A stretch of DNA of 64,000 nt from Prevotella sp. (GTDB lineage: Bacteria > Bacteroidota > Bacteroidia > Bacteroidales > Bacteroidaceae). Below are positions 10,901-18,472 of this stretch, piece after piece. Numbering within the stretch: the first letter of the stretch is position 1; the number at the start of each line of letters is the position of its first letter. Location: assembly GCA_050946475.1 (NCBI GenBank), contig JBMNUW010000001.1:515-64514 (forward strand). The letters run 5' to 3'. Made by a program: the position numbers and the translations under genes. The notes under the pieces were generated by a model. The model ran no database searches, had not been told where the DNA came from, and saw only the letters and a program-made list of their open reading frames with translations.

Positions 10901-11593
10901 ATTCTTAACGGCCTGCATCACCTGGACGAGGTTCAGGCCATAGGAGCGCATGGCATCGGGGTCGAGATCCACCTGATACTCCTTCACAAAGCCGCCCACG
11001 CTGGCCAACTCGCTCACACCTTCCGCCGAGGAGAGCTGATAGCGAACATAATAATCCTGGAGCGTGCGCAGTTCTTCCGGATTCCAGCCGCCTGCAGGTT
11101 TCCCTGTCTTGGGGTCACGGCCTTCGAGGGTGTACCAGAAAATCTGTCCCAAGGCAGTAGCATCAGGACCCAACTGCGGGCGCACGCCCTCTGGCAGAAG
11201 TCCATCGGGCAGCGAGTTAAGCTTCTCGAGAATACGCGAGCGGCTCCAATAGAATTCCACTCCTTCCTCGAAAATAACATAAATGAACGACATGCCCATC
11301 ATGGAAGTGGATCGTATGGTTTTCACACCGGGAATGCCCATGAGGGCGGTGGTGAGGGGATAGGTCACCTGGTCCTGAATGTCTTTGGGTGATCGGCCCA
11401 TCCACTCCGTGGAGATAATCTGCTGGTTGTCGCCGATATCCGGTATGGCATCCACTGCCACCGGGTCGCGCGGCACCATCCCCCCATGCCAGTTAAAAGG
11501 AGCTGTGGCAAGTCCGCCCAACAGCACGGCTATGAGCACCGACGCAGACAGGATGCGATGGTGCAGAAAATAAGCTATAATTTTGTTGAACAT
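7904..11593 (-). CDS. cusA: CusA/CzcA-family heavy-metal efflux RND permease (long, 1229 aa)
   Basis: RND permease architecture throughout. Met residues align with the E. coli CusA methionine triad contexts: FMLMPTS, PAPIQMYETT and RQVMLSTGMK. Confidence 0.93.
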   Translation of the reverse strand: MFNKIIAYFLHHRILSASVLIAVLLGGLATAPFNWHGGMVPRDPVAVDAIPDIGDNQQIISTEWMGRSPKDIQDQVTYPLTTALMGIPGVKTIRSTSMMGMSFIYVIFEEGVEFYWSRSRILEKLNSLPDGLLPEGVRPQLGPDATALGQIFWYTLEGRDPKTGKPAGGWNPEELRTLQDYYVRYQLSSAEGVSELASVGGFVKEYQVDLDPDAMRSYGLNLVQVMQAVKNSNIDVGAGTMEINRAEYIIRGLGYVKRLADLENAAITSHDGVPVRVRDVARVSFGPADRRGGLDKEGQEAVGGVVVARYGSNPMEVINNVKAKIREMDAGMPEKKLADGTVSKVTVVPFYDRTQLIKETIGTLESSLSHEVLICIIVVLILVLNLRASVVISAMLPLAVLSTFIIMKLTGVEANVVALSGIAIAIGVMVDVGVVFMENVVRHIEALPEHAEDGAPARDNLQGTQLEKLILDSVIEVSSAVMTGMGTTIISFLPVFAMQAQEGKMFHPLAFTKTFALLSALLLGLVVLPTLAYWVFSLRLPRRWALRLFHRKPGKTFRLGRFTIEWNKLLMAVIVLFAAYELTAMWLPLGPENGMFLNLLFVLGIIALVLSLLWLLVIHYERLLRWCLDHRLLFMSLPLAFLVFGAWVWKRTGSEFMPTLDEGTFMLMPTSMPHSGVEENLRLCRQIDRRLLSIPEIESAVGKWGRAESALDPAPIQMYETTINYKPEYMLDADGHRARFKTDSKGRFLLRSGAWFDPKERFRAIPQDSLVPDKHGDYFRQWRPEIRTEDDIWEEITRVTQLPGITGSPKLQPIATRQVMLSTGMKAPMGLKVYGPDLETIDRVGLQMERTLKEVGDINSASVYYDRAQGAPYIEIEPDREKLGRYGIQIGTVQQVIETAIGGMEEGNTVEGRERFPIRVRYARELRDDPDALRQILVPAADGTQIPLGQLASFRFVPGATMIQSENTFLVGYITFDKQGNKAEVDVVNAARKHIDQLVASHKIELPRGVSYKFTGTYEQQEHAAKRLTVVIPVALMLIFLILYMQFKSITASMIHFSGVFVAFAGGFMLMWLYGQPWFMNFEIAGVNMRTLFGMGQINLSVAVWVGFIALFGVATDDGVLMGTYIHQTFQRLKPQTRHDIKEAVVIAGKRRVRAACMTTATTLIALLPVLSSTGKGSDIMVPMSIPTFGGMLIQTITMFVVPVLQCWWRESKIKKHPQKIEENELQKV

Positions 11594-11736
11594 AATAGTG
11601 GTTCTTTTATCCCAAAAACATTCTGTCTATCAAGGACATGCAGGATAACAAGTCCCCTTGACGATGTCGTCAATAAAACAGCGTCAACAGAATTTTCGGG
11701 AAAGACAATAGAAATTCATGTTGATGAAAAATGTCA

Positions 11737-12165
11737 TCAACACAATGGTGAACCACGCACCCCGTCATGGGCAAAGAGCAAAGGACCTCGGTAGTGACTT
11801 GCGCAATAAGCAGGCGGGTCTACCGAACCGGCCGATGTGAGTTGGGGGGCAAGAAGATAATTAAAAAAAGTAACGGGCAGACCTCCATGAAACCAGTCGG
11901 CCCCGGTCAACGGCGAAAGAGCCTGCACGGTTTGTCCCATGCTATAGGAGTCGCTGACCTGAAGATGGAAGTGTTTGGAATGACCCATCGGGCATGAGTC
12001 ACCCGTGCAGCACGGAGGAAGATTGCGCGATTTGGCAGTCCGGTATTCCATGCTGTTGACCGACACACTCATCAACTCCCCACTGCAATAGCGGAGCTGA
12101 ACGCTGATCCCTGTGGTACTTACCAGGAGCAGCAGAATGAGTATGATGGGGCCTAAACGCTTCAC
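11737..12165 (-). CDS. Small secreted protein resembling the HYC_CC_PP family
   Basis: GTG start. Signal-like ILILLLLVSTTG. Motifs RYC (LRYCSGEL), CC (LPPCCTGDSCPMGH) and PP (DPPAY). It lies directly upstream of cusA. Confidence 0.5.
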   Translation of the reverse strand: MKRLGPIILILLLLVSTTGISVQLRYCSGELMSVSVNSMEYRTAKSRNLPPCCTGDSCPMGHSKHFHLQVSDSYSMGQTVQALSPLTGADWFHGGLPVTFFNYLLAPQLTSAGSVDPPAYCASHYRGPLLFAHDGVRGSPLC

Positions 12166-12299
12166 GCGGCAAATTTACTCATTGTTTTATTATGAACCAA
12201 ACATTCCGCAAGTTTTCTCAAAAAAATACCTAAAACATGGTAGGCCGGAGAACTGAATATAAATCTCCAAAAAAAACAAAGCCCAGCCCTATAAAACAC

Positions 12300-12338
12300 A
12301 AAAAGCAGCAAGAAGACAAATGCTCCTTGCTGCTTTTT
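12300..12338 (-). terminator. Rho-independent terminator of rpmH
   Basis: Stem GCAGCAAG (12305-12312) pairs with CTTGCTGC (12326-12333). On the minus strand it is followed by TTTTTGTGTTTT. Confidence 0.7.
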
Positions 12339-12388
12339 GCCTATCGGCCCTAAAGCCGACCGCATGGCATGACGTTGATACGACTAAA

Positions 12389-12544
12389 TTACTTGCCGTG
12401 GTTCTCGTCGGAAACAGTCAACTTCTTGCGACCATGTGCACGACGGGAAGCCAGAACGCGACGGCCGTTCTTTGTGGCCATTCTCTCGCGGAAGCCGTGC
12501 TTGTTGACGCGACGGCGATTGTGAGGCTGGAATGTTCTTTTCAT
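12389..12544 (-). CDS. rpmH: 50S ribosomal protein L34 (not in the supplied ORF track, 51 aa)
   Basis: My hand translation of the minus strand is [51 protein letters not shown]. Stop TAA at 12389-12391. Confidence 0.95.
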   Translation of the reverse strand: MKRTFQPHNRRRVNKHGFRERMATKNGRRVLASRRAHGRKKLTVSDENHGK

Positions 12545-12611
12545 TTTATCTATTGTGTTTTAAATTATTATATTTTCAATAGCATTCGGGCAAAAGCGTC
12601 CGTTTGGGCTG

Positions 12612-12619
12612 CAAAATTA
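12612..12619 (-). promoter_or_regulatory. -7 promoter element (TAATTTTG) for rpmH
   Basis: The + strand reads CAAAATTA, about 68 nt upstream of the rpmH ATG. Confidence 0.4.
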
Positions 12620-12693
12620 CTCATAATTTTCGAAACTACAAAGAATTAAGTGATTTTTCGGCTGGAAAAAGCCGTTTTTTTATTATTTTATCG

Positions 12694-12701
12694 TAACTTT
12701 G
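12694..12701 (+). promoter_or_regulatory. -7 promoter element (TAACTTTG) for efp
   Basis: Exact TAnnTTTG match 49 nt upstream of the efp ATG (12750). Confidence 0.45.
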
Positions 12702-12749
12702 CAACCACATTAATCAAGTTACAATAATTTATTCTACAGTATATATACA

Positions 12750-13316
12750 ATGATTAATTCACAGGAAATCAAAATCGGAACTTGCATCCGCATGGATGGC
12801 GGCATCTGGAGATGCATCGACTTCCAGCACCGCAAACCCGGTAAGGGTAACACTGTAATGAACACCAAACTGAAGAACGTGGCCGACGGCCGCGTACTGG
12901 AGCGTACCTTCCAGATCGGCTTCAAGCTTGAGGACGTGCGCGTGGAGCATCGCCCCTACCAGTACCTCTATCAGGACGGTTCAGGCTACATCTTTATGAA
13001 TCAAGAGACATTCGAGCAGATTCCCATCCCCAAGGAGCAGATTACCGGTTGGGAATACATGAAGGAAGGTGATGTGGTAGATGTCGTGACCGACACTTCC
13101 GACGGCACTATCCTCTCTGCTGAGATGCCCGTCAAGACAAACCTCAAAGTTACGGCAAGCGAGCCCGGCGTGAAGGGCAACACCGCCACCAACACTCTCA
13201 AGCCTGCCACACTGGAGACCGGTGCCGAAATCCGCGTGCCCCTCTTCATCAATGAAGGTGACCTTATCACTGTTGACACACGCGACGGAAGCTACGTTGG
13301 CCGTGTGACACAGTAA
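12750..13316 (+). CDS. efp: Elongation factor P
   Basis: 188 aa. Contains the FQHRKPGKGNTVM loop with the conserved modified Lys region. Confidence 0.97.
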   Translation: MINSQEIKIGTCIRMDGGIWRCIDFQHRKPGKGNTVMNTKLKNVADGRVLERTFQIGFKLEDVRVEHRPYQYLYQDGSGYIFMNQETFEQIPIPKEQITGWEYMKEGDVVDVVTDTSDGTILSAEMPVKTNLKVTASEPGVKGNTATNTLKPATLETGAEIRVPLFINEGDLITVDTRDGSYVGRVTQ

Positions 13317-13422
13317 ACATATATTCTCAAAACCATCAGGGAAGAGGGCTGAACCACTAAGAGAGGTGCCCCTTCCCTTTTTTTGTTTTTTCCTTGAAAC
13401 GCTTCCCCACAACCATTACCTT

Positions 13423-14472
13423 ATGAAATACTCTTTCATTATTCCCGTGTTCAACCGTCCCGATGAAGTGGACGAACTGCTTGAAAGCATGACCCGACAG
13501 ACCTTGACAGACTTTGAAGTTGTCGTAGTGGAAGACGGGTCGCAAAACGACTGTCGGTCGGTCTGCGATAAATATGTCGACCGACTCACGCTGCATTATT
13601 TCAAGAAGGAGAACAGCGGACCGGGTCAGAGCCGTAATTATGGTGTGGAACGCGCTCAAGGTACCTACGTCATCATTCTGGATTCAGACGTGGTGCTGCC
13701 CGACGACTATCTTGCAGCTGTCGATGCCGAACTGACCCGAAAGCCTTGCGATGCCTTCGGCGGCCCCGACCGCGCTCACAGTTCCTTCACCCCCGTTCAG
13801 AAGGCCATTTCCTATTCCATGACGAGCTTCTTCACCACCGGCGGCATCCGCGGCGGCAAGAAGAAGATGGACAAGTTTTATCCGCGTTCGTTCAACATGG
13901 GTGTCCGTCGCGATGTTTATCAACGATTGGGTGGATTTAGCAAGATGCGTTTTGGCGAGGATATCGACTTCTCCATTCGCATTTTCAAGGCCGGATGCAG
14001 TTGCCGTCTGTTCCCAAAGGCCTGGGTATGGCATAAGCGCCGCACGGACTTCCGTAAGTTCTGGAGGCAGGTATTCAACTCCGGCATCGCACGCATCAAC
14101 CTCTACAAGAAATATCCTGAGTCGCTCAAGCTGGTGCATCTGCTCCCAATGGTGTTCACGATAGGCGTTACACTTCTTCTACTCATAGCCGTAGCTGGGT
14201 TCGCAGGTGCTCTCTGTTCATCCGATGCAGCCATTACCCGTCCGCTGTTTGCACTTGCAATACTCGCACTGTTGCCTATGATTCTCTATGCAGGACTTGT
14301 TTTCTTCGACTCGGCCATGAAAAACAGCAGCCTCTGGATAGGTCTGCTCAGCATACGCGCAGCCTTTACCCAACTTATCGGATATGGCTGTGGATTCCTT
14401 ACGGCATGGTGGAAACGCTGCGTGAAGGGACAAGATGAATTTGCCGCCTACCGGAAGAACTTCTATAAATAA
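13423..14472 (+). CDS. Family 2 glycosyltransferase with C-terminal membrane domain
   Basis: ATG 13423 gives MKYSFIIPVFNRPDEV. VVVEDGS and ILDSDV (DxD) motifs. Several hydrophobic helices at the C-terminus. Confidence 0.85.
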   Translation: MKYSFIIPVFNRPDEVDELLESMTRQTLTDFEVVVVEDGSQNDCRSVCDKYVDRLTLHYFKKENSGPGQSRNYGVERAQGTYVIILDSDVVLPDDYLAAVDAELTRKPCDAFGGPDRAHSSFTPVQKAISYSMTSFFTTGGIRGGKKKMDKFYPRSFNMGVRRDVYQRLGGFSKMRFGEDIDFSIRIFKAGCSCRLFPKAWVWHKRRTDFRKFWRQVFNSGIARINLYKKYPESLKLVHLLPMVFTIGVTLLLLIAVAGFAGALCSSDAAITRPLFALAILALLPMILYAGLVFFDSAMKNSSLWIGLLSIRAAFTQLIGYGCGFLTAWWKRCVKGQDEFAAYRKNFYK

Positions 14473-14634
14473 AGAAAGAAGGAGATTCCTGCAAATTCAT
14501 TGTTAGTTTACATGCGTAAACAGCTCTAACCTAAGCCGTTTTCTAAAAGAAGCGCTGCAAAAGCAAGTTCGGAGAAAGTCCTACAAGATTTTCACGAATG
14601 ACACCCCTGCTATCCCAATATCTAACTTAAACCT

Positions 14635-15324
14635 ATGAAAGAAAAACTCACTATCGCCAAATGGTCGGAAGATGACCGTCCACGAGAAAAGCTCGACCGC
14701 CTTGGCGCTCAGGCTCTCAGCGATGCCGAACTCCTGGCCATCCTTATCGGTTCCGGGTCTACGGAACTGAGCGCCGTGGACCTGATGAAAACCATTCTCA
14801 ACGACTGCAACAACAATCTTAATACTTTGGGAAAGCAATCCATAGCCGACCTGACACGTTACAAAGGTATGGGGCCGGCTAAGGCTATCACAATTCTCGC
14901 AGCCTGCGAACTGGGAAAACGCCGATGGGACAGCACCCCGGAAAAGCGTCCCGGGATGCGTAGTCCGCAGGATATTTACGACTATATGCACCCACGAATG
15001 CAGGACCTCGACGTAGAGGAATTCTGGGTGTTACTTCTCAACCAGCGATTCGACCTCATCAAGCCCGTCCGCATTAGTCATGGCGGCATCAGCGAAACTG
15101 CCGTCGACGTGCGCATCATCATGAAAGAAGCTCTACTCGTAAATGCCACTGTTATCGCCGTAGCTCATAATCATCCGAGTAACAACACGCACCCCAGTCG
15201 TCAGGACGATAGTCTCACTACCCGCATCAAGAAAGCATGTGACATCATGCGCATCTATCTTCTGGACCACGTCATCGTAACCGACGGCGACTTCTATTCC
15301 TATCGTGACAGCGGAAAACTGTGA
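14635..15324 (+). CDS. radC: RadC-family (JAB/MPN domain) protein
   Basis: HhH-like N-terminus (LSDAELLAILIGSG) and the JAMM motif AHNHPSNNTHPSRQD. Confidence 0.9.
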   Translation: MKEKLTIAKWSEDDRPREKLDRLGAQALSDAELLAILIGSGSTELSAVDLMKTILNDCNNNLNTLGKQSIADLTRYKGMGPAKAITILAACELGKRRWDSTPEKRPGMRSPQDIYDYMHPRMQDLDVEEFWVLLLNQRFDLIKPVRISHGGISETAVDVRIIMKEALLVNATVIAVAHNHPSNNTHPSRQDDSLTTRIKKACDIMRIYLLDHVIVTDGDFYSYRDSGKL

Positions 15325-15523
15325 CGCGGAGATGGGAATTAACTGCTAAAGAAATAATTTTCAATTCTCCACCTTCGAAAGTAAATCTTTAAAATGGTAA
15401 GCTTTAGATGAGCGTTATGAGCCCAGACAATTAAAGTCACCAAATGCGCCCGTAGGGCGATACCTTGGGAAACCGAGTACATGGAAGCGGAGCGGACATG
15501 TGCCCGGATTTATGGCCCCCAAC

Positions 15524-15650
15524 AAAATCACGGGACGAAAAATGAATTGGATGTGTAATCAAAATCACGTGACGAAACATGAATTACCCCCGAACGGGGG
15601 TAACAACATCGTCGTTGCTGGAATGTGTAATCGAAATCGCGGGTCGAAAC
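15524..15650. repeat. Three copies of an AAATCRCGKGWCGAAA-centred repeat plus a GC hairpin
   Basis: Copies are AAAATCACGGGACGAAAAATGAATT (15524), AAAATCACGTGACGAAACATGAATT (15561) and GAAATCGCGGGTCGAAAC (15633). ATGTGTAATC precedes the 2nd and 3rd copies. A hairpin ACCCCCGAACGGGGGT lies between them. Confidence 0.7.
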
Positions 15651-15668
15651 GCTGGCAAGGGGCGAGCA

Positions 15669-16988
15669 CTACAGCAGTTCGGGCAATTCAAAGAGGTGGA
15701 TGCCGTTGCTGCCTTTCACGAGTATGCAGCGTCCCTCTGGATGCTCGTTAGCAATGGCTTCCTTAACAGCGGCAACATCAGCAAACTTTCGGAAGTGGGT
15801 TGTGGTGTGACCGAATTCCGGACCCACGAGCCACACGTCATCAATGCCGCTGGCTTCCAGTGTATCCACCACTCGCTGATGCTCCTCGGCACTGACATCG
15901 CCCAATTCACGCATGTCACCGAGAATGGCAAGTTTCGGCTCGTCCACATCCATCCGACGGAAGTTATCAATGGCAGCAGCCATGCTTGACGGATTAGCAT
16001 TGTAGGCATCCACAACTAATACATTGTGAGCTGTCTTCATTAGCTGCGAACGACTATTGCTAGGTACATAGTGCTCCAGGGCATGGCACACTTGCTGGGG
16101 CGATACGCCGAAATGTAGTCCGACAGCAATGGCTGCCAGCATATTGTCAATGTTGTAGGCTCCGATGAGTTGTGTCTGCACCTCCATCTCAACACCCTGC
16201 GGCAGCACGTCAGCAGACCACACAAACCGCAAGAAGGGGTCGCAACGCAGGACACGGCCTCGTACATTATATTCATTATCGTCGCTCTGACCGTAACTGA
16301 TGATACGGCTAAATTCCCGCTGCCCGGCCATTTCCACCAGGTCGGGATTACTCTCGTTGAGGAAGAGCAGGCCGTCGTGTGCGGCGAGGAAATCATAGAG
16401 CTCGCCTTTGGTGCGCTTCACGCCTTCGAAAGAGCCAAAGCCCTGCAAGTGAGCGCGTCCCACATTGGTAATGAGACCACAGGTAGGCTCGACATACTCC
16501 ACAAGTTTACGGATGTCGCCGGGATGAGAGGCACCCATCTCAACTACGGCAATCTCATGCTCGGGACTCAGGCGAAACAGCGTTTTGGGGACACCCACAT
16601 CATTGTTGAAGTTGCCCTCTGTGTGCATCACGTTGAATTTCTCTGCCAGAGCGGCGGAGATAAGTTCCTTGGTGGTGGTTTTACCGTTGGTTCCGGTAAT
16701 GCCAATTACCGGAATGTTGAACGTGCGACGGTGTTCACGAGCCAGTTCCTTAAAGGCTACCAAGGCGTCATCAACCAGGATATAGCGATCGTCACCGGGC
16801 ACAGCATATTCAGGCTCATCAATGACGGCATAGGCACAACCCTTCTCCAATGCGCTTTTGGCAAACTTATTGCCATCAAACGACGCTCCTCTCAGAGCAA
16901 GAAAGATGGAACCCTCGGGACAGTTACGGCTGTCGGTAGTCACCACAGGATGTTGCTGATAGACAGCATACAATTTTTTTGCTTCCAT
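15669..16988 (-). CDS. murF: UDP-N-acetylmuramoyl-tripeptide--D-alanyl-D-alanine ligase
   Basis: 439 aa. Mur ligase P-loop [13 protein letters not shown]. Typical MurF N- and C-terminal domains. Confidence 0.95.
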   Translation of the reverse strand: MEAKKLYAVYQQHPVVTTDSRNCPEGSIFLALRGASFDGNKFAKSALEKGCAYAVIDEPEYAVPGDDRYILVDDALVAFKELAREHRRTFNIPVIGITGTNGKTTTKELISAALAEKFNVMHTEGNFNNDVGVPKTLFRLSPEHEIAVVEMGASHPGDIRKLVEYVEPTCGLITNVGRAHLQGFGSFEGVKRTKGELYDFLAAHDGLLFLNESNPDLVEMAGQREFSRIISYGQSDDNEYNVRGRVLRCDPFLRFVWSADVLPQGVEMEVQTQLIGAYNIDNMLAAIAVGLHFGVSPQQVCHALEHYVPSNSRSQLMKTAHNVLVVDAYNANPSSMAAAIDNFRRMDVDEPKLAILGDMRELGDVSAEEHQRVVDTLEASGIDDVWLVGPEFGHTTTHFRKFADVAAVKEAIANEHPEGRCILVKGSNGIHLFELPELL

Positions 16989-17009
16989 AAGTCACTTTAA
17001 ATTATGATG

Positions 17010-17017
17010 CAAAGTTA
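17010..17017 (-). promoter_or_regulatory. -7 promoter element (TAACTTTG) for murF
   Basis: The + strand reads CAAAGTTA, 22 nt upstream of the murF ATG (16988). Confidence 0.45.
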
Positions 17018-17266
17018 ATGGAAAAAACATAAACGAAAGGCTTTTTCCTTGATGAATATCCATTTAAATCCTCACGAATTCCCGATAAACATTCATTTAG
17101 AGCATCATGAAAAGCCTTTTCTTTCAACCTTTTTCTTATCTCCATTCATACTGGCTGTCGATTTAGGATATATACCATGAAGCAAAAGTAGCGCTATTTC
17201 GTAACCAAACAGGACGTTACCGAATCCTTGAAATGGCATGGGTCAAGAGGGAAAATTAATATGGGT

Positions 17267-17354
17267 CAGAGAATGAAACAGCATCAATAGGAAGATGAAA
17301 GTACGTTGATAGGAAGATGAAACAGCATCGACAGGAATACGAATCAATATTGCT
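17267..17354. repeat. Degenerate 4 x 22-bp tandem repeat
   Basis: Units start at 17267, 17289, 17311 and 17333. They read CAGAGAATGAAACAGCATCAAT / AGGAAGATGAAAGTACGTTGAT / AGGAAGATGAAACAGCATCGAC / AGGAATACGAATCAATATTGCT. Confidence 0.75.
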
Positions 17355-17462
17355 CGGACAACGAAACTGCAAAAAATGGTAAAGAAAAACGCTCGAAAAG
17401 TCAAGCCAATAGGATTCCTTTCAGTTTTATGTTTCTTTTCCCACCCCTTTGGTTTCGCTTTT

Positions 17463-17574
17463 CCTCCCTCATGGGAGGGCCAGGGAGGTCTTCCCTCTAA
17501 TTTTGCATTTCCTCAAGGAAGGACCAACAAGAACTTTTCCCTCCCTAAGGGAGGGTTAGGGAGGGTCTTTTTTT
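17463..17574 (+). repeat. Two direct copies of a REP-like element (C/G-tract hairpin + 3 nt + RGGAGG(G)TC)
   Basis: Copy 1 is CCTCCCTCATGGGAGG-GCC-AGGGAGGTC (17463-17490). Copy 2 is CCCTCCC-TAA-GGGAGGG-TTA-GGGAGGGTC (17539-17567), followed by T7. Confidence 0.75.
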
Positions 17575-17610
17575 GCTATTTCAAATAAATTGTGTAAGTT
17601 TGCCCTCGCT

Positions 17611-18453
17611 ATGGAATATACATTAAACATCAAGGGACATCTGCTGTCGCTTGCCGAGCCGCAGGTGATGGGCATTCTGAATGTCACCCCTGACTCCTTC
17701 TTTGTAGGGAGTCGCAAGCAGACTGAGAAAGAGATTGCGGAGAGAGCCAACCAGATTGTAGACGAGGGCGGTTCCATCATCGATGTAGGTGCCTTCTCCA
17801 CCCGACCGGGCGCCAACGAAGTAGACGAAGCTGAAGAAGCCCGTCGACTGCAATGGGCACTCTCCATTGTGCGCCGCGAACAACCCGACATAGCCGTATC
17901 TGTGGACACCTACCGTCCTGCTGTGGCTCGCCGTTGCATAGAGGACTGGGGTGCCGACATCATCAATGACGTATCGGAAGGCGGTATCACGGGTATCGTG
18001 AATACGCCCATCCATGAGAGCGAATCCATGTTTCAGCTCGTAGGCGAACTGAAAGTCCCCTATATATTAATGTCGGTCAAATCGAACCTTGAAGATATGA
18101 TGATGGCATTCAGCGATGAAGTGCAGCAGTTGCGCGACCTCGGTGCGAAAGACATCATCCTTGACCCAGGCTACGGTTTCGGCAAAAGCCTTGAGGACAA
18201 CTATCGCATACTGAACCATGCGGAACGTCTGCAGGCTCTCGACCTTCCCGTATTGGTTGGCGTATCACGCAAGTCGATGATATTCAAGCTGATCGGCGGT
18301 GACCCCACCACCAGCCTCAACGGCACCACTGTCATCAACACCATATCACTGTTGAAGGGCGCCAGCATCCTGCGCGTACACGATGTTCGTGAGGCGAAAG
18401 AAGCGATTGCAATCGCTTCTTTCGCCTCACGAACATCAATTCATAATTCATAA
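17611..18453 (+). CDS. folP: Dihydropteroate synthase
   Basis: ATG 17611 (MEYTLNIKG). Pterin-binding motifs MGILNVTPDSFF and DVGAFSTRPGA. The last ~17 codons are encoded by a palindrome arm and a heptamer repeat. Confidence 0.92.
   Translation: MEYTLNIKGHLLSLAEPQVMGILNVTPDSFFVGSRKQTEKEIAERANQIVDEGGSIIDVGAFSTRPGANEVDEAEEARRLQWALSIVRREQPDIAVSVDTYRPAVARRCIEDWGADIINDVSEGGITGIVNTPIHESESMFQLVGELKVPYILMSVKSNLEDMMMAFSDEVQQLRDLGAKDIILDPGYGFGKSLEDNYRILNHAERLQALDLPVLVGVSRKSMIFKLIGGDPTTSLNGTTVINTISLLKGASILRVHDVREAKEAIAIASFASRTSIHNS
18385..18434. repeat. Perfect 50-bp palindrome (24-bp arms, 2-nt centre)
   Basis: GTTCGTGAGGCGAAAGAAGCGATT-GC-AATCGCTTCTTTCGCCTCACGAAC. Both arms lie inside the folP reading frame. 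Confidence 0.9.
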
Positions 18454-18470
18454 TGCATAATTCATAATTA
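18439..18470 (-). repeat. Heptamer array (ATTCATA/ATGCATA, the reverse complement of TATGMAT)
   Basis: Reads AATTCATAATTCATAATGCATAATTCATAATT. The folP stop TAA (18451-18453) lies inside it. Confidence 0.85.
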
Positions 18471-18472
18471 AA

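Noticed and set aside
12162-12365. 67-aa minus-strand ORF between the HYC_CC_PP-like gene and rpmH
   Set aside because: It spans the rpmH terminator hairpin and A/T runs. It has no motif and no promoter. The real small gene in this area is rpmH (12389-12544), which I found by hand.
14571-14582. GGAGAAAGTCC resembling the RNase P RNA conserved GGAAAGUCC box
   Set aside because: The spacer is only ~160 nt, far too short for RNase P RNA. The flanking sequence does not continue the conserved P4 region.
17376-17588. 70-aa ORF (…PPSWEGQGG…SLPKGGLGRV…) upstream of folP
   Set aside because: It is generated entirely by the REP-like C/G-tract hairpins. The peptide is just the translated repeat, and there is no independent coding signal.
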